Assembly: GCA_035711845.1 (NCBI GenBank)
Contig: DASTBU010000136.1
Coordinates: 1-43,866 of the forward strand
Source: Vicinamibacterales bacterium
GTDB lineage: Bacteria; Acidobacteriota; Vicinamibacteria; Vicinamibacterales; 2-12-FULL-66-21
DNA: 43,866 nt
Direction of reading: 5' to 3'
Of the stretch, positions 28,025-38,235 are shown one piece after another. How positions within the stretch are numbered: position 1 is the stretch's first letter; every line of letters begins with the position of its first letter. The notes beneath the pieces are model-generated. The model saw nothing but the letters and a program-made list of their open reading frames with translations, was not told where the DNA came from and did not search any database. The position numbers were made by a program, and so were the translations under genes.

Positions 28025-29638
28025 TCATTCCCGCCGGGTTCCGCCCTCCCGAGGCGGCTTGACGATCGGCGGTGAGGGCGCCGGCGAGTCCGCCGGCGGC
28101 GGCGCTGCAGCACTCGTGCCGCGAACGCCCAGCTGCTCCAGGACGCTGGGGACGTTCAGGCCGAGCGCCTCCATCTGCTGCAACAGGCTGAACACGACGG
28201 CCGGGCTGGTCTTCGCAATCCGGCCGAGGCCGCCGCTGCCGCCATCGGCGTTGCCGTTGCCTTGATCGATGACAACCAGCTTGTCGATGTTGCCGAGCGG
28301 CGACGCTATGGCCCCGAAGATGCCCGTCGACGCCTCGAGGATCGCCGGCATCTTCTCGAGGATGGTCTGGAGCCGCGCCGCGTCGTTGAACTCCTTCCAC
28401 GCCTCGGCCTTTCGGAGAATGGCGGTGGCTTCCGCGACACCCTGGGCCTCGATCGCCTTGGCCTGCGCCAGTCCGATGGCCTCGATCTTCGCCGCCTCGG
28501 CCCGGCCTTCGGCCTCGACCGCGGCCGCACGACCGACGCCCTCCTTCCGCAGCTTCTCCTGCTCCGCTTCTGCCAGCGCAATCAACGCCGCGCGCCGGCC
28601 CTCCGCTTCGAGAATGGCCGACTGCTTGGCCGCTTCGGCGCGCACGACCGCGGCAAGACGATCAGCTTCGGCCGGCTTGATCACCGTCGCCTCGAGCTCC
28701 TTCTGCTTGCGAAGGACCTCCTGTTCCTGAACGGAGATCAATTCCTGCGTGCGCGTCCGCTCGACCCTGACTTCTTCGGCAACTACCGCCTGGCGCGCGG
28801 TGGCCTCCGACAGCGGGCCGGCCTGCTCCGCGCGGGCTTTCTGAGTCTCGACCTCCGCCTGATACTGCGCCTGGCGGATCATGAAGTCGCGCTGTGCCTG
28901 GGCGATCTCGGCATCCGCGATGAACTTGGCCTGTTCGCCCTGCTGCAGCGCCTGCGCGGACTTGATCTTCGCGTCCCGATGCGCTTCGGCTTCGCCGATG
29001 GTCGCATCCCGCTTGACCTCCGCCGTGCGACGCTTCCCGAGCGCGTTGAGATACTCCTCCTCGTCGCTGATCTCCTGAATCGTCAGGACGTCCACGCCGA
29101 TGCCCATCTTCTCGAGATCGACGGTGGCTTCGCTCGTCAACTTCTGAGCGAAGCTCTGACGATCGCTGTTGACCTCCTCGACGGTCAGCGTGCCGAGGAT
29201 CGATCGCAGGTGCCCTTCGAGCGTCTGGAAGATGACCTTCTGCACTTCCACGTGTGTCATCCCGAGAAACCGTTCGGCGGCCGCCTGAAGCGATGTCTCG
29301 TCGCCGCGGATCTTCACGTTGGCGACAGCCTTCACCGATACCGGGACGCCCTTCAACGTGTACGCCCGACGGATCTCCAGCGGGATCGTCATGACGTTCA
29401 GATGCAGGTACTCGACCTTCTCCAGGAGCGGGATGCGCAGCGCGGCGCCGCCCCTGACCATCCGGTAGCCGACGACGCGGCCGTCAGGCAGCTTGCGCCG
29501 GCGTCCGCTCAGGACGGCGACCGCATTCGGTGAGACCTTCAGATAGTTCCGGCTGATCAGCCAGAAGCCGGCGAAAAAGGCGAGCACGACCGCCAGGATC
29601 AGCGGAGCGATCCAGATATTGGTATCCAGGGAGAGCAT
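28025..29638 (-). CDS. Flotillin-family SPFH/band-7 protein (YqiK-like)
   Basis: N-terminal TM helix, SPFH domain, and a long Ala/Glu-rich coiled-coil (EAEGRRAALIALAEAEQEKLRKEG...). Confidence 0.85.
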   Translation of the reverse strand: MLSLDTNIWIAPLILAVVLAFFAGFWLISRNYLKVSPNAVAVLSGRRRKLPDGRVVGYRMVRGGAALRIPLLEKVEYLHLNVMTIPLEIRRAYTLKGVPVSVKAVANVKIRGDETSLQAAAERFLGMTHVEVQKVIFQTLEGHLRSILGTLTVEEVNSDRQSFAQKLTSEATVDLEKMGIGVDVLTIQEISDEEEYLNALGKRRTAEVKRDATIGEAEAHRDAKIKSAQALQQGEQAKFIADAEIAQAQRDFMIRQAQYQAEVETQKARAEQAGPLSEATARQAVVAEEVRVERTRTQELISVQEQEVLRKQKELEATVIKPAEADRLAAVVRAEAAKQSAILEAEGRRAALIALAEAEQEKLRKEGVGRAAAVEAEGRAEAAKIEAIGLAQAKAIEAQGVAEATAILRKAEAWKEFNDAARLQTILEKMPAILEASTGIFGAIASPLGNIDKLVVIDQGNGNADGGSGGLGRIAKTSPAVVFSLLQQMEALGLNVPSVLEQLGVRGTSAAAPPPADSPAPSPPIVKPPREGGTRRE

Positions 29639-29652
29639 AGGGGACCTCGCCT

Positions 29653-30192
29653 TCAGTTCTTCCGAACGATCACGACTTCGCCGAGGACCTCCTCAATCTT
29701 CACGAGCGCGTTTTCCGGAATCGTGCCGTTGTCGCCTGCGCGGGCGACTTTGTCGATCAGTTCTTCGCCCAGGCGGCATCGGATCTGTCCCACGCCGCCT
29801 GAGGGAATCGTCACGACGACCCGCGCCGACTGGCCGACGAGATCGCTCGATCGCAATTCGGACGATGCCTGCTGGCCGTAGAGGAATCGTGCGAAGACGT
29901 AAACGGCGCCGCCAAAGACGAGCCCGCCGGCAAACCCGATCGCCGAAGCCGGAAGCGGGCTCAAGCCGTAGTGTGTCGCGATCGCCCCGAAACCGCCGAA
30001 CGCCGTAATGAAGACACCCATGACCCGGCTGCTGAAAAAGCCGGGCCCGCCATGGTCCAGATCGTGGTCGAGCGCCGCATCGAAATGTTCGAAAACCTCG
30101 CCGAAGAGCAGCGAGATCATCATGAACACGAAGCCGATGCCGGCGATCGCGAGAAAGACAGCGAATGCGTTGCTCGACGAGAAGAAGTCCAT
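29653..30192 (-). CDS. NfeD-like membrane protein (YqiJ-type partner of flotillin)
   Basis: Gly-rich TM region plus a C-terminal OB-fold (VGQSARVVVTIPSGGVGQIRCRLGEELID). The stop lies 15 bp upstream of the flotillin start. Confidence 0.75.
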   Translation of the reverse strand: MDFFSSSNAFAVFLAIAGIGFVFMMISLLFGEVFEHFDAALDHDLDHGGPGFFSSRVMGVFITAFGGFGAIATHYGLSPLPASAIGFAGGLVFGGAVYVFARFLYGQQASSELRSSDLVGQSARVVVTIPSGGVGQIRCRLGEELIDKVARAGDNGTIPENALVKIEEVLGEVVIVRKN

Positions 30193-30301
30193 TGGGGCGG
30201 AGCGAGCCCACTCTAGGAGGAACGCGCATCCAAGTCAACTCGGCAACGACCCGGGACCGGGGGCGCCGAGCGTCGGCATCAGGCCAGGGCCGCGGCGCCG
30301 C

Positions 30302-32113
30302 TCAGATACGCTGGAAGTTTTTTTCGATCTCGCGGCGGGACATCCGCAGCACCACGGGACGGCCGTGCGGGCAGACGCTCGAGTAGGCGGTGCGGCGCAA
30401 CTCCTGGAGGATGTAGCGCATCTTGTCGAGCGTCAACGGGTAGTTGGCTTTCACGGCCGCATGGCACGCCATGGTCGCCGCGATCCGGCGCAGCGGCTCC
30501 TCGACGCGCGTGCCCCGGTCGAGACCTTCGAGATCGTCGCCTAGCGCCCGAACCACGACTTCGCACTCGGCAGGGTCCAGCAGCGCCGGAACGGCCGAGA
30601 GTCGCAGGCTGCCGCCGCCGAACTCCTCGATCTCGATCCCGAACCGGTCCAGGGTGCCAGCATGGATCGTCAGGGCCTCGCGCTGGGCGGGCGACAACTC
30701 GATGAGAATTGGGCTCAGGAGCCGCTGTCCTTCGAGGCGTCCGGAGGTCAGCTTCTCCATGACCTGCTCGAACAGCACCCGCTCGTGCGCCACGTGCTGA
30801 TCGATCACCGCAATCCCCTCGTCGTCCACGGCAATGATGTACGTGTCGCGGAATTGCCCCAGCGGGATCATCGGCCGGATGTCCTCCGGCGTAATCCCGC
30901 CGGCCAGCGCGGCTCCGGCCGCCGACGCCACGTGGGCCAGCGGCGATACGTCGAGGTCGTGGGCGGAGGGGCCCGCCAGCGATCGCCAGACCGCGTCATG
31001 CTCCAGGGTCCAGCGGCTGCCAACGGTCGCGCCGGAGAGCACGCCGGGGATGCTGCGCGGGCTCGGCTCGTCGGGCCGCGCCGCAAATGGCGTGAACTGC
31101 AGCTCCGGCGCGCGCCCCTGACCGAGGGCCTCGGCCATCGCGCGTCTCAGGACCTCGTGCACGAGCGACTGCTCCAGGAAGCGGACTTCAGCCTTCGTCG
31201 GATGGACGTTGACGTCGACCCGATCCGGCGGGATCTCGACGAAGAGATGGACCTCCGGGCTGCGTTCCTTGATGGTTGCGACGCTGTAGGCTTCGGAGAT
31301 GGCGTGGGCGATCGTGCGATCCTTCACGATGCGGCGGTTCACGAACACGTTCTGCGCCCCGCGGACCGGCCCCTGGTCGCCGAGCGCGGCCACGTAGCCG
31401 TGGATCTTCAGCCCGCCGGCCTCCTTTTGAACCTCGACGAGCTCCGCCCGCTCGCCGAAGAGCTGAAAGAAGCGCTCGCGCAGCCCGGCAGCCGGCGGGC
31501 ACGCCAGCAGCGTGCGGCCCGGGCCCGTGGAGGCGCTGCCGCTCGTCAGCGTGAACCCCACCTCGGGGTAGCCGAGCGCCATCTGCGTCACGAGCCGGGA
31601 GATCTGCGTGGTCTCCGCGGTGTCCGACTTCAGAAACTTCCGCCGCGCCGGCAGATTGTAGAAGAGATCGGCGACCTCGAGGCACGTGCCTTCGGGAACG
31701 CCCACGTCACGCTCGGAGGCGATCGTGCCGCCGTTGACGCGGATTTCGGTGCCGGCCGCACTTCCGCGCGCGCGCGTGCGCAGCGTGAAGTGCGAGACCG
31801 ATGCGATGCTCGGCAACGCCTCGCCGCGGAAGCCGAGGGTGCGGATGGCTGCGAGATCCTCGGCGCTCGCAATCTTGCTCGTCGCGTGGCGCTCGACAGC
31901 CAGCCGTGCGTCTTCCGCCTCCATGCCGTCCCCGTCGTCCTCCACGCGGATCAGCTTCTTCCCGCCGAGCTCCACCGCGATCGCGATCCGCCGGGCGTGA
32001 GCGTCGAGCGCATTTTCGACCAGCTCCTTCACGACCGACGCCGGACGTTCGACGACCTCGCCGGCGGCGATCTGGTTGGCGAGGTGGAGTGGCAGGCGAT
32101 GGATACGGGACAT
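30302..32113 (-). CDS. mutL: DNA mismatch repair protein MutL
   Basis: GHKL ATPase N-terminus MSRIHRLPLHLANQIAAGEVVERPASVVKELVENALDA and the C-terminal dimerisation domain. Confidence 0.95.
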   Translation of the reverse strand: MSRIHRLPLHLANQIAAGEVVERPASVVKELVENALDAHARRIAIAVELGGKKLIRVEDDGDGMEAEDARLAVERHATSKIASAEDLAAIRTLGFRGEALPSIASVSHFTLRTRARGSAAGTEIRVNGGTIASERDVGVPEGTCLEVADLFYNLPARRKFLKSDTAETTQISRLVTQMALGYPEVGFTLTSGSASTGPGRTLLACPPAAGLRERFFQLFGERAELVEVQKEAGGLKIHGYVAALGDQGPVRGAQNVFVNRRIVKDRTIAHAISEAYSVATIKERSPEVHLFVEIPPDRVDVNVHPTKAEVRFLEQSLVHEVLRRAMAEALGQGRAPELQFTPFAARPDEPSPRSIPGVLSGATVGSRWTLEHDAVWRSLAGPSAHDLDVSPLAHVASAAGAALAGGITPEDIRPMIPLGQFRDTYIIAVDDEGIAVIDQHVAHERVLFEQVMEKLTSGRLEGQRLLSPILIELSPAQREALTIHAGTLDRFGIEIEEFGGGSLRLSAVPALLDPAECEVVVRALGDDLEGLDRGTRVEEPLRRIAATMACHAAVKANYPLTLDKMRYILQELRRTAYSSVCPHGRPVVLRMSRREIEKNFQRI

Positions 32114-32121
32114 GAAGGCGT

Positions 32122-32261
32122 CAGTTACCAGTTTCCAGTTTCCAGTTCCCAGTTTCCAGTTTCCAGTTTCCAGTTCTCAGTTTCCAGTTCCCAGTTTCCA
32201 GTTCGCCCCCTCAGCTGCCAGCTCCACTAACCGGCAACTGGGAACTGGAAACTGAGAACTG
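32122..32261. repeat. 12 tandem CAGTTTC/CAGTTCC heptads, 30-bp centre, then inverted (AACTGGG AACTGGA AACTGAG) units
   Basis: Hand-phased. Occupies the whole corA-stop to mutL-start gap and begins 8 bp from the mutL ATG. Confidence 0.9.
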
Positions 32262-32263
32262 TA

Positions 32264-33229
32264 TTACAACCATCCTCTCCGCCTGAAGAACACGAGCATG
32301 ACGGCCGAGATCGACAGCATCGCCGCGAACAGGGCCCAGAAGAACGTGGGCTCCCGAACCCCGAACAGGGGCAGCGTCACGTTCATTCCATACAGGCTCG
32401 TAATGAACGTGAGTGGCATGAACACGGTGGAAATGACCGTCAGCACCTTCATGACCGAGTTCAGCTGGTTCGACACGGCTGACAAGTGTGCGTCGAGCAG
32501 GCTGGTGACACGGTCCTGCAGGAAGGTGGCCTCCTCGCTCAACCGAACGAGATGGTCGTAGACGTCCCGGTAGCGGTACGACAGCGATTCGGAGATGAAC
32601 GGGAATTCGCGGCGGGCCAGTCGCCCGACCACGTCGCGCTGCGGCTGGACCACACGGCGCAGCGACGCGACGTCGCGCTTGAAATCGAGGATGCGGCGTG
32701 CGAGGTGCTGTTTGGTCCCCGCGAAGACGTCCTTCTCCAGCTCGTCGAGACGATCGTCGAGCTTGTCCACTTCGGGCCGATAGTTGTCCACCATCGCGTC
32801 GATGATCCGGTGCATCAACGCGGCCGGCCCCTCCCCCAGCAGCCGGCTGTCGCGCGGGCAGAGCTCGTTGATCTTTCCTATCGAACGCGAGATGCCGGGG
32901 TGCACCGTGACGAGATACCGGGTACCGAGAAAGAAGTCGACGTCCTGCGTGCGGAAGTAGTGCTGCCTGGCCCGGAAGTCGATGCCGTGCAGGACCACGT
33001 AGAGGTGGTCGCCGTACGACTCGACCTTGGGATGCTGAATCTCCGCAATGGCGTCCTCGATCGCCAGTTCGTGAAAATGAAACGTGTCCGACAGGATCCG
33101 CGCCTCCTCCGCGGTCGGCTGGCTGAGGTCCACCCACACCGATGTATTGTCCCCGGCGGCGAGCCAGGCGGGGTCCAGCTGCTCCACGCGCTGGGTGGAC
33201 CCATTCTGGTGGAGGTAGATGCTGATCAA
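32264..33229 (-). CDS. corA: CorA-family magnesium transporter
   Basis: Two C-terminal TM helices with the YGMN motif (LYGMNVTLP). 4-bp overlap with the ppdK stop. Confidence 0.85.
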   Translation of the reverse strand: MISIYLHQNGSTQRVEQLDPAWLAAGDNTSVWVDLSQPTAEEARILSDTFHFHELAIEDAIAEIQHPKVESYGDHLYVVLHGIDFRARQHYFRTQDVDFFLGTRYLVTVHPGISRSIGKINELCPRDSRLLGEGPAALMHRIIDAMVDNYRPEVDKLDDRLDELEKDVFAGTKQHLARRILDFKRDVASLRRVVQPQRDVVGRLARREFPFISESLSYRYRDVYDHLVRLSEEATFLQDRVTSLLDAHLSAVSNQLNSVMKVLTVISTVFMPLTFITSLYGMNVTLPLFGVREPTFFWALFAAMLSISAVMLVFFRRRGWL

Positions 33230-36036
33230 TCTCCGACCTTCACCTGCAGCGCCGCCTGTGCCGCGGCCAGCCGGGCGACGGGAATACGGTAGGGCGAGGC
33301 GCTGACGTAATCGAGCCCGACCTGCTCGAAGAAGTGAATCGACGAAGGATCACCACCATGCTCGCCGCAGATCCCGAGCTTCAGGTCGGGCCTGGCCGCC
33401 CGTCCCTTCTCCACGCCCATCGCCACGAGCGGGCCCACCCCGATGGTGTCAATGGTCGCAAAGGGATCCTTGTCGAGGATCTTCTTGTCCTGATAGGCCC
33501 CGAGGAACTTCCCGATGTCGTCCCGCGAGAAGCCGTAGGTCAGCTGCGTCAGGTCGTTGGTGCCGAATGAGAAGAACTCCGCCTCGGCGGCAATTTCGTC
33601 GGCCGTTATCGCTCCGCGCGGCACCTCGATCATCGTGCCGACCAGGTATTTGATCCTGATCCCCTGCTCCTTCATCACCTCGGAGGCGGCATTGTGCACG
33701 ACGATCTTCTGATCGCGCAGCTCCTTCACGTGACCCACGAGGGGGATCATGATCTCCGGCACCACCTTCGTGCCTTCCTTCGCAAGCTGACAGGCCGCCT
33801 CGATGATCGCCCGCGTCTGCATCTCGGTGATTTCGGGGTAGGTGATCCCGAGCCGCACACCGCGGTGGCCGAGCATCGGATTGAACTCGTGCAGCTGCTC
33901 CACGCGCCTGAGGAGCGCGCGCTTCTCCTCCAGCGCGCCAGCCTTGCCGCCTGCCGCTTCCATCCTCGCGATCTCGACCATGAGATCCTCTCGTTTGGGA
34001 AGGAACTCGTGCAGCGGCGGATCGATGGTCCGGATCGTCACCGGAGAGCCATGCATGCCCTTGAACACGCCGTAGAAATCTGCGCGCTGCAGCGGCAGCA
34101 GTTCGTTGAGCGCCTTCCGGCGTTCCGTTTCGTTGTCGGCCAGGATCATGCGCTGCACGATGGGGATGCGCCCCTCGCCGAAGAACATGTGTTCGGTGCG
34201 GCACAGCCCGATGCCCCGCGCGCCGAATGCATAGGCAGTCTCGGCCTGATCGGGCTGATCGGCGTTCGCCCGGATGCCGAGGCGGCGGAACTTGTCGGCC
34301 CAGGAGAGCAGGCGCTCGAACCGCTGGTACACGTCCGACTCGGCCGGCTTCATCTCACCGGCAACGACCTGAAGGATCTCGCTGGGCGTGGTCGGCACCT
34401 GCCCGAACTTGACCTCGCCGGTCAACCCGTCGAACGAGAGGAAGTCCCCCTCTTTCAGGGTCTTGCCTCCGACGGTGACCGCGCGCTCCGATTCCGAGAT
34501 CTCGAGCGCGCCGGCGCCGACGACGGAGGGTTTGCCCATCTGGCGGCCGACCACGGCGGCGTGCGACGTCATGCCGCCGGTCGCCGTCAGGATGCCCTGC
34601 GCCACGAACATGCCGTGGATGTCGTCGGGCACCGTTTCCTTCCGCACGAGAATGACCTTCATCCCCTGCCTCGACCACTCCACCGCGTGGTCGGCCGTGA
34701 AGACCACCTGTCCCGAAGCGGCGCCGGGGGACGCGGGCAGCCCCCGGGTCGCCGTGGGAAGCGCCTTCCACGCCTTGGGCTCGAAGACAGGGGCCAGCAA
34801 CTGCGAAACCGATTCCGGATCGACCTGCAGTACCGCCTCCTTCGGGGTGATGAGCTTCTCGGCGACGAGGTCGGTCGCGATCATGACCGCCGCGTAGCCG
34901 GTACGCTTTCCGTTGCGCGTCTGCAGCATGAAGAGGCGGTCGTCCTGGATCGTGAACTCGAAGTCCTGCACATCCTTGTAGTGCTTCTCCAGGCGGCTCG
35001 TGATCTGCCGCAACTCGTGGAACGCACGCGGCATGACATTCTTGAGCTGGCTGATCGGCTGCGGCGTCCGGATTCCGGCAACCACGTCCTCACCCTGCGC
35101 ATTGACGAGGAACTCGCCGTAGAACTCCTTGGCGCCGGTCGCAGGGTTCCGCGTGAAGCCCACGCCGGTTGCCGACCGATCCCCGGTGTTGCCGAACACC
35201 ATCGTCTGGACGTTGACGGCAGTCCCGATCGAGTCGGGAATGTCGTAGATGCGGCGGTACTCGATCGCCCTGGCATTGTTCCACGATCTGAACACGGCGT
35301 CGCGGGCGCCGCGCAGCTGAGCGAGCGGATCCTGCGGGAACACCTTGCGAATCTTCGATCGAACGACGCCCTTGTAACGCTCCACGACCTCGCGCAGCGC
35401 CGCCTCGTCGAGGTCCGTATCGAGGTGCGCCCCGTGCGACTCCTTGACGTCCTCGAATGCCCTCTCGAACACGTCCTTCGGAATCTCGAGGACCACGTTC
35501 CCGTACATCTGAATGAAGCGCCTGTAGCTGTCGTACGCGAACCGTCCGTTGCCCGTCCGCCGCTTCAAGCCCTCGACCGTGGCGTCGTTCAAGCCGAGGT
35601 TGAGGATCGTGTCCATCATGCCCGGCATGGAGAACTTCGCGCCCGAGCGCACCGACACGAGCAGCGGATTGTTCTCGTCGCCCAGCCGCGCGCCGGCAGC
35701 CTTCTCGAGCTTGCGGAGGTTCTCGTTCATCTGCGCGTCGACAACGAGCGGAACCTTCCGGCCCTCCTTGTAGTACAGCGTGCAGGCCTCGGTCGAGATC
35801 GTGAACCCCGGGGGCACCGGCAATCCGGCGTTGGTCATCTCGGCAAGGCCCGAACCCTTGCCCCCGAGCAGATCCTTCATGTTGCGGTTGCCGTCCGCCT
35901 TGCCGCTTCCGAAAAAGTACACGTACTTCCGCCGCCCGCCGGCCGCCTTCGTCACGCGAGCCGTCTTTTTCGCCGAGGCAACCGTGCGCTTCGGCGCCGC
36001 CTTCGACCCTGCCTTCCGTGCCGCCTTCTTTGCCAT
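33226..36036 (-). CDS. ppdK: Pyruvate, phosphate dikinase
   Basis: KYVYFFG...NLLGGKGSGLAEM N-terminus, the phospho-His GGMTSHAAVVGRQMGKPSVVGAG, and a C-terminal PEP-utilising TIM barrel. With the ATG at 36036 there is a 33-aa Ala/Lys-rich N-terminal tail. Confidence 0.9.
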   Translation of the reverse strand: MAKKAARKAGSKAAPKRTVASAKKTARVTKAAGGRRKYVYFFGSGKADGNRNMKDLLGGKGSGLAEMTNAGLPVPPGFTISTEACTLYYKEGRKVPLVVDAQMNENLRKLEKAAGARLGDENNPLLVSVRSGAKFSMPGMMDTILNLGLNDATVEGLKRRTGNGRFAYDSYRRFIQMYGNVVLEIPKDVFERAFEDVKESHGAHLDTDLDEAALREVVERYKGVVRSKIRKVFPQDPLAQLRGARDAVFRSWNNARAIEYRRIYDIPDSIGTAVNVQTMVFGNTGDRSATGVGFTRNPATGAKEFYGEFLVNAQGEDVVAGIRTPQPISQLKNVMPRAFHELRQITSRLEKHYKDVQDFEFTIQDDRLFMLQTRNGKRTGYAAVMIATDLVAEKLITPKEAVLQVDPESVSQLLAPVFEPKAWKALPTATRGLPASPGAASGQVVFTADHAVEWSRQGMKVILVRKETVPDDIHGMFVAQGILTATGGMTSHAAVVGRQMGKPSVVGAGALEISESERAVTVGGKTLKEGDFLSFDGLTGEVKFGQVPTTPSEILQVVAGEMKPAESDVYQRFERLLSWADKFRRLGIRANADQPDQAETAYAFGARGIGLCRTEHMFFGEGRIPIVQRMILADNETERRKALNELLPLQRADFYGVFKGMHGSPVTIRTIDPPLHEFLPKREDLMVEIARMEAAGGKAGALEEKRALLRRVEQLHEFNPMLGHRGVRLGITYPEITEMQTRAIIEAACQLAKEGTKVVPEIMIPLVGHVKELRDQKIVVHNAASEVMKEQGIRIKYLVGTMIEVPRGAITADEIAAEAEFFSFGTNDLTQLTYGFSRDDIGKFLGAYQDKKILDKDPFATIDTIGVGPLVAMGVEKGRAARPDLKLGICGEHGGDPSSIHFFEQVGLDYVSASPYRIPVARLAAAQAALQVKVGD

Positions 36037-36045
36037 TTCGTCCGC

Positions 36046-38235
36046 CTACTCCGTTTGAGGAACGATTTCCGAGATGTCCGCGAGCTCCAGGATGAGATCG
36101 CGCAGTTCCGCCGTCAACGTCAGGCGCGCGGTTCGAAGCCGCTCATCGTCGGCCATGACGAAGACGTGCGTGAAAAATGCGTCCACGACGGACCGCAGCC
36201 CGGAGATTTCCGTGAACGCCGTCCGATAGTCCCCTCCGCGCTGCGCCTCGGCCACGCGTGGCCGACGCGCATCGAGCTCGGCGAGCAACGCAAGCTCGGC
36301 CTGATCCGTGAGCGCCGAACGCTCCAGCGTCCCGCGAACGGCCAGCCCGCGGGCGATGTTCTTCACACGCTTGAACAGCACGGCGAGCGCCTGGAAATCC
36401 TCCGACGAGCGCATGGCCTGCAGCGCCGTCGCGACGCGGAGCGCGCGAAGAGGGCTCACGTCGCTCGAGGAGGCCGCCGCCCGCGCCACCTCGCTCGGCA
36501 TACCGCGCTGCTCCAGCGCATAGCGCACGCGGTCGAGCGCGAACGCGACGGCGGCATCGCTGTCCCAGTCACCTGCTGCGTCCAACTGCGCCGCCGCTCG
36601 ATTCAACAGCGTCCCGACGCCGACCTCGCGGTCGATGCCGGCCAGTTCCGGGAGATCCATCAGCACCCGCGCGATGCCATGCATCTGACGACGGAGTCCG
36701 AACGGATCCCGGGATCCGGTGGGCCGTTCGCCGGCCCGGGTCAGGCCGGCTACGGTGTCGAGCTTGTCGGCAAGCGACACGGCGGCCCAGGCCACCGCGG
36801 CCTCGCCGAGCTGCGCTCGTGCCGGGGGGGCGTCCGCTTCGACGCTGATCGGCAGGTAGTGGTGATAGATCGCCTTCCAGACCTCGGCCGGCTGCCCTTC
36901 CTCGCGGGCATAGATACCGCCCATCCGGCCCTGCAGCTCCGGGAACTCGAACACCATGTCGCTCGTCAGGTCCGCCTTGCACAGCCGGCCTGCCGTGGCA
37001 GCGTGTCCGGCCTCCCGCGGGCGCCCGAACACATCGTCGGCCATCCATCGGGCGAGCTGCTCGATCCGCTCTGCCTTGTCGCGATAGCTGCCGAGCTTCT
37101 TGTGGAAGAGGACGGTGTGCAGCCGCCCCAGCCGCGACTGGAGCGAGACCTTCCGATCGGATTCCCAGAAGAACTTCGCGTCGCGAAGACGGGCCGTCAC
37201 CACGCGCTCGGCGTTCTTGCCGATCACCCGCTCGTCCTGCGGCTGCGTGTTGACGACCGCCAGGAAGGCCTCCTTCAAATCGCCACGCTCGTCCACGACC
37301 GGGAAGAAATGCTGGTGGTGCACGAGCGTCGTCGTCAGGATCTCTTCGGGAAGCGTCAGGAACGCGCGATCGAAGAACCCTGCGACGACCGAAGGGTACT
37401 CCACGAGATCGGCCACTTCCTCGATGAGTGCCGCGTGTTCCTTGAGCAGCACCCGGCCGCCCAGCCGTCGCGCGTGTATCTCGAGATCCCGCGCGATGCG
37501 GTCGCGCCGATCCGCGTGCTCGAGCACGACGAAATGTTCGGCCAGCCTGGCCTGGTACTCCTCGAAGCTGCGGACCTTGATCGAGCGGCCGGCGCGCCCG
37601 CTCGTTGCCAGAAAACGATGCCCGTAGGTCAGCGCCGCGGACTCGACATCCTGGACCTGCGGGCTGCTGGCGTGCGGGGTCCGGCCGATCCTGAACGGCA
37701 CCACGCGGCCGCCGTACAGAAACAGCAGCCATCGAATGGGTCGGCCGAACAAGAGCTCGCCCCGGCCATCCTCGAGCTGCGCGTCCCAGTGCATCTGCTT
37801 CGGAAACGTGAGGTCCCGCAGAACGGCAGTGAGGATCGACGGCAGCGTGTCCACCGCGCTGCGGCCGCGGTGACGCTTCTCGACGGCCAGGTACTCACCC
37901 TTCTGCGTGCGTACCCGGCTCAGGCCCTCGAACGACACGCCATGCTTCCTGGCAAAGCCGAGCGCCGCGGGGGTGGGCTGCCCGTCGGCGCCGGTCGCGG
38001 CGGACACGGGCGGTCCGGTGATCGTCTCGTCGAGATCCTCCTGCCGCTCCGCGATGCGCGCGATCCGTGCGGTGAGGCGGCGCGGTGTGCTGAAGGTCTC
38101 GATCGGAGCGCCCGGCGCGATGCGATGCTCGATCATCCGCGCCTCGACGCGCTCGGCCAGCCGACGCGTCACGTCGGGCATCCAGGATGCGGGGAGCTCC
38201 TCGACGCCAATTTCGATGAGGAGCTCACGATCCAT
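36046..38235 (-). CDS. glyS: Glycine--tRNA ligase beta subunit
   Basis: [21 protein letters not shown]... Overlaps the glyQ stop by 11 nt. Confidence 0.9.
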   Translation of the reverse strand: MDRELLIEIGVEELPASWMPDVTRRLAERVEARMIEHRIAPGAPIETFSTPRRLTARIARIAERQEDLDETITGPPVSAATGADGQPTPAALGFARKHGVSFEGLSRVRTQKGEYLAVEKRHRGRSAVDTLPSILTAVLRDLTFPKQMHWDAQLEDGRGELLFGRPIRWLLFLYGGRVVPFRIGRTPHASSPQVQDVESAALTYGHRFLATSGRAGRSIKVRSFEEYQARLAEHFVVLEHADRRDRIARDLEIHARRLGGRVLLKEHAALIEEVADLVEYPSVVAGFFDRAFLTLPEEILTTTLVHHQHFFPVVDERGDLKEAFLAVVNTQPQDERVIGKNAERVVTARLRDAKFFWESDRKVSLQSRLGRLHTVLFHKKLGSYRDKAERIEQLARWMADDVFGRPREAGHAATAGRLCKADLTSDMVFEFPELQGRMGGIYAREEGQPAEVWKAIYHHYLPISVEADAPPARAQLGEAAVAWAAVSLADKLDTVAGLTRAGERPTGSRDPFGLRRQMHGIARVLMDLPELAGIDREVGVGTLLNRAAAQLDAAGDWDSDAAVAFALDRVRYALEQRGMPSEVARAAASSSDVSPLRALRVATALQAMRSSEDFQALAVLFKRVKNIARGLAVRGTLERSALTDQAELALLAELDARRPRVAEAQRGGDYRTAFTEISGLRSVVDAFFTHVFVMADDERLRTARLTLTAELRDLILELADISEIVPQTE

